A stretch of DNA of 64,000 bases from Candidatus Doudnabacteria bacterium (GCA_031291995.1 JARLHZ010000022.1:11330-75329); one strand, 5' to 3'. Positions 44,421 to 53,124 are shown, numbered from the stretch's first letter. The notes: a model not told the origin generated them from the sequence alone. A program made the numbers and translations.

Positions 44421-44424
44421 TTTT

Positions 44425-44715
44425 ATGGGGTACACCGAAGATTTTATAAAAGCCCAGGAAACTCCGAGCAGTTCGCCCCACGGATACCTCCAGGGCAGTT
44501 TGCCTTTGGCGGCAAAATATAACCCCAAAGGCCTGAGAAAATTTACCCTGCTAACCTACACCCTTTTCCCCCTCGCCATAATCTCCATAGCCCTTGCCCT
44601 GGAATCCACCCAGCTCTGGCTCAAGCTCCTCTCTATCGTCGTCTTCCTCCTTTCCCTATGGGGCATTTACAAATTCAGGAAAACTAATTTCATCAAACCT
44701 CCCCAAACCCCCTAA
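44425..44715 (+). CDS. Hypothetical small membrane protein (2 TM helices)
   Basis: The first ATG is at 44425 (MGYTEDFIKAQ...). There are two hydrophobic helices (LLTYTLFPLAIISIALAL, LLSIVVFLLSLWGIY). A terminator follows. Confidence 0.35.
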   Translation: MGYTEDFIKAQETPSSSPHGYLQGSLPLAAKYNPKGLRKFTLLTYTLFPLAIISIALALESTQLWLKLLSIVVFLLSLWGIYKFRKTNFIKPPQTP

Positions 44716-44742
44716 AAGCCCCGCCCAAGCGGGGCTTTTGCT
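44716..44742 (+). terminator. Intrinsic terminator (AGCCCCGC-CCAA-GCGGGGCT + TTT)
   Basis: 8-bp GC-rich stem plus T-run after the membrane-protein ORF. Confidence 0.5.
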
Positions 44743-44861
44743 ATGGCAAAGTCTTGAAAATAAGTATAAAATATACTAAAGTAAGATTATTTAAACTTAT
44801 CCACTTTACAATAGGTGAACGATTGTATACGATTAAGACACAGAGAATTATCAGCTAATCT

Positions 44862-45842
44862 ATGAACAAAAAAATCAAAACCAATAAGAAAAAAATATCC
44901 AAATCCAAGAAAAATGTTTCTTACAATATAAAAAGCAAGGGGCACAGCCATCTTAAAGAGCAGGGAGCGTTGCTTTATACTCCAACAACAATATCTAAAC
45001 CGGTAGAAAGCAAAATTCTAACTCAAATTAAAGAGCAGCCTTATTTTAGCAAGGGTAATTTTGTTTTGTACAACGACGACTGTTTAAAAATATTGGAACA
45101 GTTACCTGAGAATTCAATTGACATGATTTTTGCTGACCCGCCATATAATCTTTCCAACGGAGGTTTTACCGTTCATGCAGGAAGGCGAGTAAGCGTAAAT
45201 AAGGGTGCGTGGGATTCCAGTAAGGGTTTTGCAGATGATTTTCAATTTCAATTAGCGTGGATAAAAGCCTGTAAAAGAGTTCTTAAGCCAAATGGAACAA
45301 TTTGGATTAGCGGCACCTATCATTCTATATATCAATGCGGCTATGCGTTACAATTAGAAGGCTATAAAATTTTAAACGATATTTCTTGGTTTAAACCCAA
45401 TGCTTCACCTAATTTAAGCGGCAGGTATTTTACGGCCAGCCACGAAACTTTAATTTGGGCGCGAAAAGACGAACAGGCCAAACACACTTTTAATTATAAG
45501 CATATGAAGCTAACAAGTTGGCCGGGTGACTTTTTTAAAAACGAGGGCAAACAAATGAGGAGCGTTTGGCATATTCCGGAAAACGAAGATGTTTGGGTAG
45601 AAGGCACCCCAAAATCCGCAGAAAAAATTTTTGGCAAACATCCAACCCAAAAACCCCTGTCATTATTAAACAGGATTGTGTTAGCCTCAACAAACCCAGG
45701 AGAAATAGTTTTAGATCCTTTTGCCGGGAGTTCAACCACAGGCATTGCCGCTGCTATAAGTGGTAGAAAATTTATTGGTATTGATATGGAAAAGGACTAT
45801 CTTGAATTATCGAAAAAAAGGTTTTTAGAATTAAATAAATAA
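44862..45842 (+). CDS. Beta-class DNA methyltransferase (DPPY motif; N6-adenine or N4-cytosine) with Lys-rich ~60-aa N-terminal extension
   Basis: 'IDMIFADPPYNL' is motif IV, which precedes 'VLDPFAGSSTTGIAA' (motif I). This permuted order defines the beta class. The N-terminus is 'MNKKIKTNKKKISKSKKNVSYNIKSK'. Confidence 0.8.
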   Translation: MNKKIKTNKKKISKSKKNVSYNIKSKGHSHLKEQGALLYTPTTISKPVESKILTQIKEQPYFSKGNFVLYNDDCLKILEQLPENSIDMIFADPPYNLSNGGFTVHAGRRVSVNKGAWDSSKGFADDFQFQLAWIKACKRVLKPNGTIWISGTYHSIYQCGYALQLEGYKILNDISWFKPNASPNLSGRYFTASHETLIWARKDEQAKHTFNYKHMKLTSWPGDFFKNEGKQMRSVWHIPENEDVWVEGTPKSAEKIFGKHPTQKPLSLLNRIVLASTNPGEIVLDPFAGSSTTGIAAAISGRKFIGIDMEKDYLELSKKRFLELNK

Positions 45843-45854
45843 TTAAACAATGCT

Positions 45855-46379
45855 ATGATAGAAAAAGGTAAGGGCGGTGCCAACACTCAAACAGGATTAA
45901 AATTTGAAAAAAAGATTGACATTTTAAGCTTGCTATCTAAGACTAAAGGTTACACAATTCGAGACAAGAGTTTAATATTGTTTAATGGAAAAGAAGTTGC
46001 CAGAAGCTATAGAAAAAATGCATTGTATAAATATTTAGAGGAGAAAGGGGTTGATTACAAAAGCATAATATCAAAAAAATGGCTCCCTGATGAAGCGCTT
46101 TATGTAATTGCAAACAACACCTTGTTTATTATTGAAATCAAATTCCAAAAAGTTGGAGGCTCGGTTGATGAAAAATTACAGACTTGTGACTTTAAAAAAA
46201 AGGTATACAAAAAACTTATGGCCCCATTAAATATCGATGTTGAATACATATATATTTTAAGCAATTGGTTTCAGCATCCAAGGTATAAGGACACTTTAGA
46301 ATATGTAATTGATATGGGTTGTCAGTATTATTTTGAATTTTTACCACTAAAAAAAATTGGTTTACCGCTTCCAGAATAA
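45855..46379 (+). CDS. Candidate cognate type II restriction endonuclease (PD-(D/E)xK-like) of the adjacent methyltransferase
   Basis: 174 aa. 'LPDEALYVIANNTLFIIEIKFQK' gives a PD...(E)IK arrangement. It lies 12 nt downstream of the MTase on the same strand. There is no detectable similarity to anything I can name. Confidence 0.4.
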   Translation: MIEKGKGGANTQTGLKFEKKIDILSLLSKTKGYTIRDKSLILFNGKEVARSYRKNALYKYLEEKGVDYKSIISKKWLPDEALYVIANNTLFIIEIKFQKVGGSVDEKLQTCDFKKKVYKKLMAPLNIDVEYIYILSNWFQHPRYKDTLEYVIDMGCQYYFEFLPLKKIGLPLPE

Positions 46380-46482
46380 AAGAAAGCCATATTTAACAAT
46401 AGTATTGTTCGTTCTTGTTATAGAGGACAGACTACAAAAATGGGTATATGCCCATTTTTTTGTTTTGTGGTATGGTAATAGT

Positions 46483-48108
46483 ATGGATTTTAATTTATTG
46501 AATTTACTTAAGGAAAAACGGCGGGAGATTGCTGGGAGGGAGGGGAGGGAGCTTTTTCGGGTGTTTCAGAATAAAACATTAGAGGCTACAGTTGAGGCTA
46601 TGCCTAAGGGTCTTAGGGATTTGGAAAACATTAAGGGTTGGGGAAAAAAGAAAATTGCGATGTATGGCCGGGAGATTTTGGAAGTTTTAAATGGCACACC
46701 GGTTAATGATAATTCCTTATTTAGTTTTAATAGTAAAAGCACAACTCCTGCCCAGACTCCGGCGGTTAAATCGGCAACTCCTAAACAGCCGGCAGGTCCG
46801 AGGGTTTTGAGCGTGCAGGAATTGCTGGCGTATTTAAATGACCGATTTGTGCAGCTGGGGACTTTGCAGGTGCGAGGAGAAATTACGGAAATTAGCAAGC
46901 GGGATAATTATTGTTTTTTTACCATCAAAGATTCCCAAAGTCAGGATCATCTGGTCAGCTGCTTTATGGGCCGCATAGCTATGAATGCCTACGACTACTT
47001 GTTGGACGAAGGAATGGAAGTGGTTATAAGCGCCGTACCGTCATTGTATAAAACCGGACGCTTTAGTTTAACCGTCAGCAAAATTGAGGCTTTTGGCGAA
47101 GGCGCGTTAAAAAAAGCTTTTGAGGCTTTAAAAAATAAACTCCAGGATAAAGGTTTTTTTGACGTGGAGCGCAAACGGCCGATGCCGGAGTACATAAACA
47201 AAATCGGACTCATTACGTCGGAAAGCGGCGCCGCGGTGCGCGACTTTTTAAAAAATTTGGGGAATTACGGTTTCCAAATCACCCTTTGCGACGTGCGGGT
47301 GGAAGGGGATTACGCCGAGGAGTCTATTATAAACGCCATTGGCAAACTTAATAAAGCCCGACCGGATTTGGACGTATTGGTCCTGCTGCGCGGCGGCGGC
47401 AGTCTGGAAAATTTTAAAGCCTTTAATTCGGAAGGCGTGGCCGAGGCCATAGTCACATCGCGCCTTCCCATCCTTACGGGAATTGGCCATGAGCGGGATA
47501 TTAGCATTGCGGATTTGGCCGCGGATCTGTCGCTTTCCACGCCCACGGCCGTGGCCGCGTATATTAAAAACCAGAGGATTGGTTTGATCGAACATGTCGG
47601 CAGAATTGCGGATGACTTAGCAGCAGCTGCCGAAAATATTTTATCGGCACAAAAAGAAAAACTGGCAGACGCGCAAATGGGGCTGAAGAACTCCTATTAC
47701 GAAATTTTACATAACCAAAAGGTTAAGTTGGGCCGGCTGGCCGCGCAAATGCAGTATGGTTTGGATAAAGTTTTTAACCGGTTCCGGGAACTGGAGAAAG
47801 CCTTTATTCACAGCTTTTATCATCAGCGCTCGCTTATTCAGGCCCACTTACACAGAACCGGCCAAATTACGCGAGAAAGTTGCATTATACTGGCAAAGAA
47901 ATTACAATTCCATAAGGGGCGGCTGGATGTGGCCGAAGCCGCGCTAATGCCGCTAAGCCCCGAGGCCGTGCTAAAAAAAGGCTACAGCATTGTTTATAAA
48001 TCGGGCAAAGTCTTAAAAAATGCCGCCGATGTTCAGCCCGGCGATATGTTAAATTTAAAATTATATAAAGGAAATATTTTAACGTCTGCTGAGGAAATAA
48101 ATAATTAA
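46483..48108 (+). CDS. xseA: Exodeoxyribonuclease VII large subunit with ~100-aa N-terminal HhH-like extension
   Basis: The first ATG is at 46483 (MDFNLLNLLKEKRREIAGREGRELFRV...LENIKGWGKKKI). The OB-fold is 'LSVQELLAYLNDRFVQLGTLQVRGEITEIS'. The catalytic core is 'IGLITSESGAAVRDFLKNL' and 'LLRGGGSLENF'. Confidence 0.8.
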   Translation: MDFNLLNLLKEKRREIAGREGRELFRVFQNKTLEATVEAMPKGLRDLENIKGWGKKKIAMYGREILEVLNGTPVNDNSLFSFNSKSTTPAQTPAVKSATPKQPAGPRVLSVQELLAYLNDRFVQLGTLQVRGEITEISKRDNYCFFTIKDSQSQDHLVSCFMGRIAMNAYDYLLDEGMEVVISAVPSLYKTGRFSLTVSKIEAFGEGALKKAFEALKNKLQDKGFFDVERKRPMPEYINKIGLITSESGAAVRDFLKNLGNYGFQITLCDVRVEGDYAEESIINAIGKLNKARPDLDVLVLLRGGGSLENFKAFNSEGVAEAIVTSRLPILTGIGHERDISIADLAADLSLSTPTAVAAYIKNQRIGLIEHVGRIADDLAAAAENILSAQKEKLADAQMGLKNSYYEILHNQKVKLGRLAAQMQYGLDKVFNRFRELEKAFIHSFYHQRSLIQAHLHRTGQITRESCIILAKKLQFHKGRLDVAEAALMPLSPEAVLKKGYSIVYKSGKVLKNAADVQPGDMLNLKLYKGNILTSAEEINN

Positions 48109-48175
48109 GCCGTAGCGTGCCCATTTATGGGCGTTCTAGAAATCGCCGATGAATCGGCACGCTACACATATAACT

Positions 48176-48406
48176 ATGCCAACCGAAAAAAATAAACTTC
48201 AAACCGCGCTTAAACAGCTTGAAACCATTGTCGACGATCTAAGCAATAAAGACGTAGACGTCGAGTCCGGGCTGGAAAAGTTCAGGAGCGGCGTGGACTT
48301 GATTAAGTACTGCCGCACGGAATTAAACAAAGCCGAAAACGAATTCCAAAAACTCAAAACGGAATTGGAAACCGAAGAAACCTTACAGGACGAAAATCCG
48401 GTGTAG
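48176..48406 (+). CDS. xseB: Exodeoxyribonuclease VII small subunit
   Basis: Start at the second ATG (MPTEKNKLQTALKQLETIVDDLSNKDVDVESGLEKFRSGVDLIKYCRTELNKAE), the classical XseB helix pattern. The upstream ATG at 48149 lies inside a palindromic element. Confidence 0.7.
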   Translation: MPTEKNKLQTALKQLETIVDDLSNKDVDVESGLEKFRSGVDLIKYCRTELNKAENEFQKLKTELETEETLQDENPV

Positions 48407-48525
48407 TTTGCCGATTTGTCAGTGTCGGTCGCGACCGAAGGGAGTTATCGTACTTCCAGCCAAACAAATATTAAAGCAAAAAACCCCGGGATAAGGTTAA
48501 GATTGGAGCTCATTTTATAAATTTT

Positions 48526-49086
48526 ATGGTTATGATAAAATCCGTATTCTTTTTTACTTCTATAGTTTTATTGGCCGCCGGTTGCGGGAAGACAAGCCCT
48601 AATCCGAGCCCAAGCCCCAGCCCCAGCCCTATTGACTGCACGCAGGAAGCTAGGCAGTGTCCGGACGGCAGTTATGTTAGCCGCAGCGGGCCAAATTGCG
48701 AGTTTGCGGCCTGTCCGTCATTTCATGCCGTGCCAACTTCATCGGCTCCATCATTACCGCCCCCAAGCCTTCCGGCAAAAACGGGTGGAATTAATGGTTA
48801 CGTGCATACCGGGCCTTCGTGCCCGGTGCAAAAAGATCCCCCCGATCCGAATTGCGCTGACAAGCCGTATGTTTATATCGAAGTCGCCGTTATCGGTCCG
48901 GACGGCAAACAAGTCCAAATCCAAACCGACTCGTATGGTAAATTTAGCCTGCCAGTGCTGGCAGGGACCTATACCGTTAAAGTAATCCAAGAAAGCATGT
49001 TGCCCCGTTGTGAAGAAAAAACAGTGGCAGTTACCGGAGGCAAGCCTTCATTAGTAGATATTTCGTGTGATACCGGAATCCGTTAA
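48526..49086 (+). CDS. Lipoprotein (signal peptide + lipobox LLAAGC, (SP)n linker, Cys-rich globular domain)
   Basis: 'SIVLLAAGCGKTSPNPSPSPSPSP', then 6 Cys residues. Coordinates are taken from the ORF track. My reading of the printed line is offset by 1 nt here. Confidence 0.45.
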   Translation: MVMIKSVFFFTSIVLLAAGCGKTSPNPSPSPSPSPIDCTQEARQCPDGSYVSRSGPNCEFAACPSFHAVPTSSAPSLPPPSLPAKTGGINGYVHTGPSCPVQKDPPDPNCADKPYVYIEVAVIGPDGKQVQIQTDSYGKFSLPVLAGTYTVKVIQESMLPRCEEKTVAVTGGKPSLVDISCDTGIR

Positions 49087-49217
49087 ATTGGCCGCAAAAA
49101 TTTGGCATCATTTTATGAACTCATATGAACGCGTCCGGAAAAGATCGTAGTTTTCAAGAGTATGCCATTAGGATATCATAATGGCTGGCCCATTAATTAT
49201 TATCTAATATTAATTTT

Positions 49218-49616
49218 ATGCGCGGATTTAATTCAAATATTGAACAGGACACTTTGGCCAATACCAATTTTCGCAAAGTATTATATACCGGCCGGCATAG
49301 TCAACTGGTATTAATGAGCCTTAAACCGAAAGAGGAAATCGGCATGGAGGTACACGCGGAAAATGACCAGTTTTTTCGTATTGAAAAGGGTCAGGGCAAG
49401 TGTATAATCGACGGGCATGAGTACGTTTTGGCTGACGGCACCGCCATTGTTGTTCCGGCCGGGGCACAGCATAACGTAATAAATACATCGGCCACCGAAG
49501 ACTTAAAGCTTTACACCCTTTACAGTCCGCCGCATCACAAAGACGGCATTGTGCGCGCCAGCAAGGCAGAGGCCGAGCGGAGCGAAGAGGAATTTGACGA
49601 CCAAACTACGGAATAA
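49218..49616 (+). CDS. Cupin-domain protein
   Basis: 132 aa. 'MEVHAENDQFFRIEKGQGKCIIDGHEYVLADGTAIVVPAGAQHNVINT' is the two-motif cupin signature. Confidence 0.6.
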   Translation: MRGFNSNIEQDTLANTNFRKVLYTGRHSQLVLMSLKPKEEIGMEVHAENDQFFRIEKGQGKCIIDGHEYVLADGTAIVVPAGAQHNVINTSATEDLKLYTLYSPPHHKDGIVRASKAEAERSEEEFDDQTTE

Positions 49617-49622
49617 AAAATT

Positions 49623-49880
49623 ATGAACAAATACGAGCGCGTGCCGGAAAAAGTAATAGATTTGCACGGATATACCACCCGGGAGGCAAAGGAGATTTTA
49701 GACGAGTTGCTCGGAGGGGCGTTTAAGCATGTGCGGATTATTACCGGAAAAGGGACTTTTAGGGAGACAGGGCCGGTAATGCGGAATTTTGTGGAAGGGT
49801 ATTTAAAACGCCTTGAAATAAAATTTGAAACCGCCAAACTTTACAACGGCGGCGATGGCGCGTTTGAAGTTTATTTTTAA
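49623..49880 (+). CDS. Smr-domain protein
   Basis: 85 aa. 'IDLHGYTTREAKEILDELL...VRIITGKG' is the Smr motif. Confidence 0.6.
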   Translation: MNKYERVPEKVIDLHGYTTREAKEILDELLGGAFKHVRIITGKGTFRETGPVMRNFVEGYLKRLEIKFETAKLYNGGDGAFEVYF

Positions 49881-49952
49881 TAGTTTCCCGGACCAAATAA
49901 TTTGCCTAAAATTTACGGCAGACTAGATGGAATTTAGTGTTATAATTCATAT

Positions 49953-50681
49953 ATGAATACACAAACACAACCAATTACGGTTCCGCATATTGTGCCGACA
50001 CACGCAAAACCCGGAACAAAGTTAAACTGGCTCCGCGCGGCGGTCCTCGGTGCGAATGACGGGATTGTTTCCACCGCGTCGCTTATTGTCGGCGTGGCCG
50101 GAGCATCCAATTCCCGCGGGTTTATTTTAACGGCGGGCGTGGCCGGTTTGGTGGCCGGGGCGTTAAGTATGGGGGTAGGGGAATATGTTTCGGTAAGCAC
50201 CCAGCGCGATACGGAAAAGGCCATGCTGGAAAAAGAGCGCGAGGAATTATTAAAAAATCCCGATTACGAACTTCAGGAACTGGCCTCCATGTACAAGCAA
50301 AAAGGACTAAGCGACCAAACCGCGCTTACGGTTGCGCGGGAGCTGACTTCCCATGACGCTTTTGCTTCGCATGTTGAAACGGAGCTGGGAATAGACCCCA
50401 ATAACCTTACCAACCCGTGGCACGCGGCCTTTGCTTCTTCCGGAGCATTTGTGTTTGGGGCCATTATTCCGATTGTAATGATCCTTATTTCCTCCGCGGA
50501 CTGGAGATTGCCCGTAACTTTTGCCGGGGTGTTAATGGCCTTAGTAGTAACGGGGGCGGCCAGCGCGCACGCGGGCGAAGCCGGCAAAGTGAAAGCCACG
50601 GTGCGCGTGGTAATTGGCGGTATGCTGGCTATGGCCGTAACTTTCGGCATCGGCAAACTGTTTGGCACCACGGGCATATAA
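49953..50681 (+). CDS. VIT1/CCC1-family membrane protein (putative Fe/Mn transporter)
   Basis: 242 aa. 'LNWLRAAVLGANDGIVSTASLIVGVAGA' and C-terminal TM helices. VIT-family signature. Confidence 0.6.
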   Translation: MNTQTQPITVPHIVPTHAKPGTKLNWLRAAVLGANDGIVSTASLIVGVAGASNSRGFILTAGVAGLVAGALSMGVGEYVSVSTQRDTEKAMLEKEREELLKNPDYELQELASMYKQKGLSDQTALTVARELTSHDAFASHVETELGIDPNNLTNPWHAAFASSGAFVFGAIIPIVMILISSADWRLPVTFAGVLMALVVTGAASAHAGEAGKVKATVRVVIGGMLAMAVTFGIGKLFGTTGI

Positions 50682-50739
50682 CGGGAGACAATTACCCGGC
50701 GCGGGCGTATAAGCTAAAGCCATTAACGAAAGGAGTTTT

Positions 50740-51183
50740 ATGTTGAATGCGGGAACTAAAGCCCCGGAGTTTACGCTATTGGACGACGGTTTGAATAAAA
50801 TAAGCTTAAGCGATTTTGCCGGAAAATATGTGGTGGTGTATTTTTATCCGGAAGACGACACCCCTGGCTGTACCAAAGAAGCCTGTGCTATTCGTGATTT
50901 CTTCGGTGAATTTGAAAAACAGGGAATTGTTGTTTTAGGAATTTCTAAGGATTCGCCGGAGTCGCATAAAAAATTTAAAGAAAAATATCATTTGCCGTTT
51001 ACCCTGCTTTCGGATCCGGAGCGGCAGGTAATTACCGGCTACGGCGCGGCCGAGGGAGCGCGGAACAAACGCGTTAGTTATGTTATTGATCCGCACGGCA
51101 TTATTGTCAAAACATACCCCAACGTGGATCCTTCCTCCCACGCGGCGGAAATTTTGAACGATTTCAAAAGCCTGCAAAATTAA
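50740..51183 (+). CDS. bcp: Peroxiredoxin Bcp (thiol peroxidase, thioredoxin-dependent)
   Basis: 147 aa. 'YVVVYFYPEDDTPGCTKEACAIRD' has the peroxidatic Cys in a PxxxTxxC context. An AAGGAG Shine-Dalgarno sequence lies upstream. Confidence 0.8.
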   Translation: MLNAGTKAPEFTLLDDGLNKISLSDFAGKYVVVYFYPEDDTPGCTKEACAIRDFFGEFEKQGIVVLGISKDSPESHKKFKEKYHLPFTLLSDPERQVITGYGAAEGARNKRVSYVIDPHGIIVKTYPNVDPSSHAAEILNDFKSLQN

Positions 51184-51198
51184 AAACCACAAAGCTTA

Positions 51199-51906
51199 AT
51201 GGCCAAATTTTACGGCAGAAACAGCCGGTACCTAATTTGGGGCGATTTAAAAAATTACATTTACGCGGTAGGGTTGGTTTTATCGGTGCTGGTTATTGTC
51301 TGGGCGTTTTTAAAATCATCCTGGGTCCTGGCCGCGCCATTTGCCGCGCTAATCGGGATTTTTATTTTGGTCCGGCTTGCCGATCCGCTATTAATGCATT
51401 TTCGGCGAAAGTCGGACAAGTATTATCGGGGGTTTGCCGGCGAAGTGGCCATAAAACAGGTGCTTAAAGAATTGTCCGACGATTATATTGTTTTTCAGGA
51501 TTTAAAATTTCCCGGGCTTCGGGGCAATATAGATTTTGTGGTGATGGGACCTACGGGAATTTTTACCCTCGAGGTTAAAAGCCATTACGGGGAAATCGGA
51601 TTTAATGGCCGGGATTTGACCTTAAACGGCCGGTTATTCCCGGAACAAAATATTTTAAAGCAGGGCTACGCCGAAGCTTTAAGGCTGAAAAATTATATCC
51701 GGGATTCTGCCGGCCGGGAAGTTTATATAATACCGGTTATAGTTTTTAGCCGCGGCTACGGTTTGCGTTTTGGTTTAAATCCCGTTGACGGCGTTTACGT
51801 AGTCGGTAAAGACTTTTTGTTGGAGCTCATTGGCCGCCACCCCAACTATAAATACCCGCTGTCCCAAGAGCAATTAATCGCCGATCTCAAGATGCTTGTC
51901 GCTTAG
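51199..51906 (+). CDS. NERD-domain protein (nuclease-related) with N-terminal TM helices
   Basis: 235 aa. 'GFAGEVAIKQVLKEL...YIVFQDLKFP...NIDFVVMGPTGIFTLEVK' is the NERD signature. Confidence 0.55.
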   Translation: MAKFYGRNSRYLIWGDLKNYIYAVGLVLSVLVIVWAFLKSSWVLAAPFAALIGIFILVRLADPLLMHFRRKSDKYYRGFAGEVAIKQVLKELSDDYIVFQDLKFPGLRGNIDFVVMGPTGIFTLEVKSHYGEIGFNGRDLTLNGRLFPEQNILKQGYAEALRLKNYIRDSAGREVYIIPVIVFSRGYGLRFGLNPVDGVYVVGKDFLLELIGRHPNYKYPLSQEQLIADLKMLVA

Positions 51907-51921
51907 TTCTACCTGCTCTAA

Positions 51922-51951
51922 TTCGCGCGAATAGGAGAATGGTGGTATAAT
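51922..51951 (+). promoter_or_regulatory. Extended -10 promoter (TGgTATAAT) placed 7 nt upstream of the arsR ATG (leaderless)
   Basis: gtggTATAATggttgtATG with a weak -35 (TTCGCG, 18-nt spacer). There is no room for a Shine-Dalgarno sequence. Confidence 0.4.
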
Positions 51952-51957
51952 GGTTGT

Positions 51958-52218
51958 ATGGAACAAACGGAACAGATATTAAAAGCCTTAGCCAACAAAC
52001 GGCGGCTGGCCATTGTCAAACTGCTGAGCAACAACGCGAAATATTCGGTGGGGCACATTGCCAAAGAAATAAAATTGTCTCTCAAGGCCACTTCCAAGCA
52101 TCTCGGCATTTTATTCAACGCGAATATTTTGGAGAAGGAACAGGTTAACTTATTAATTTATTACAGTCTGGTCCGCCCGACCTCTTCCATAGTCCGGTCA
52201 GTAGTGGGCAGGCTCTAA
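51958..52218 (+). CDS. ArsR/SmtB-family transcriptional regulator
   Basis: 86 aa. 'ILKALANKRRLAIVKLLSNNAKYSVGHIAKEIKLSLKATSKHLGIL' is a winged HTH of the ArsR type. Confidence 0.7.
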   Translation: MEQTEQILKALANKRRLAIVKLLSNNAKYSVGHIAKEIKLSLKATSKHLGILFNANILEKEQVNLLIYYSLVRPTSSIVRSVVGRL

Positions 52219-52222
52219 ATTT

Positions 52223-52702
52223 ATGGAAAAATTCAAATACAAATTAACTTCGCCTGTTATAATGTGGGGGATTATCGCCATCGGCGGGGTCATCTTGTGG
52301 TACTCGGTTCCCCGTGGCCGATTGTTTTACAGCGGAATGTTTGGGATTGCGCTGTTGGTTTTGGGAGCGGTAAATTGGATATATATTTTAGTTAAGTCCT
52401 TCAGCGTCCATGCCAAAGTCGGCGCCAGCGTTAACCGCATTGACCGGCTGATTACCGAAGGAACGTACGCGGTAGTCCGGCATCCGATTTACGCGGCCGA
52501 TATTGTTTTTGTCTGGTGCATATTTTTATATTATCCGGCCTTTGTCATGTTATTTATTGCCGTCTGGGCTACCATAGTCTTTGTTTTTTGGTCCGCTCTG
52601 GAAGAGCGCATGCTTGAAGAAAAATTTCTGGACGACTACCGCGCCTACAAACAGCAGGTACCCAGGTTCATTCCAAGGTTTAATGCGCGTCGTCCGGTTT
52701 AA
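52223..52702 (+). CDS. Isoprenylcysteine carboxyl methyltransferase (ICMT)/phospholipid methyltransferase-family membrane protein
   Basis: 159 aa and 4 TM helices. 'LITEGTYAVVRHPIYAADIVFV' and 'EERMLEEKFLDDYRAYKQQVPRFIP' are ICMT/PEMT motifs. Confidence 0.55.
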   Translation: MEKFKYKLTSPVIMWGIIAIGGVILWYSVPRGRLFYSGMFGIALLVLGAVNWIYILVKSFSVHAKVGASVNRIDRLITEGTYAVVRHPIYAADIVFVWCIFLYYPAFVMLFIAVWATIVFVFWSALEERMLEEKFLDDYRAYKQQVPRFIPRFNARRPV

Positions 52703-52716
52703 ACACAACAACCGTC

Positions 52717-53124
52717 ATGGATAACGCATATAACTGGTACAATCGGCTCATACTGCCCTCCTGGGCGCCGCCCAAGCAAGTTTTTGCCCCGGTCTGGACC
52801 GTGCTTTATATGTTAATAGCCGTATCTTTCGGTACGGTTTTTTATATGGCCTGGCAACAGCAAATCTCTCTCGTGGTCGTTTTACCTTTTGTCCTGAATT
52901 TGCTTTTTAATTTTTCATTTACCACAATCCAATTCAGGCTGAGAAACAACCTTTTTGCCGCCGCGGATATTTTGCTGGTTTTGGCCACCATTGTCTGGGC
53001 CGCGATTGCTATATTTCCTTTTAAACCTTGGATAGCATATATCCAAACCCCTTATTTTCTTTGGGTTATATTTGCTACGGCATTACAATTAACCGTCAGT
53101 TATTTAAACAGGATAAAAAAATAA
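52717..53124 (+). CDS. tspO: TspO/MBR family (tryptophan-rich sensory protein)
   Basis: 135 aa. 'WYNRLILPSWAPPKQVFAPVWTVLYMLIAVSF' is the hallmark TspO N-terminus. Confidence 0.7.
   Translation: MDNAYNWYNRLILPSWAPPKQVFAPVWTVLYMLIAVSFGTVFYMAWQQQISLVVVLPFVLNLLFNFSFTTIQFRLRNNLFAAADILLVLATIVWAAIAIFPFKPWIAYIQTPYFLWVIFATALQLTVSYLNRIKK

Noticed and set aside
46357-46482. 42 extra N-terminal codons of xseA from a TTG start
   Set aside because: The ORF-track start is a TTG in an AT-rich intergenic stretch containing a palindrome. The first ATG (46483) gives a sensible N-terminus. The extension is hydrophobic nonsense (LTIVLFVLVIEDRLQKWVYAHFFVLWYG).
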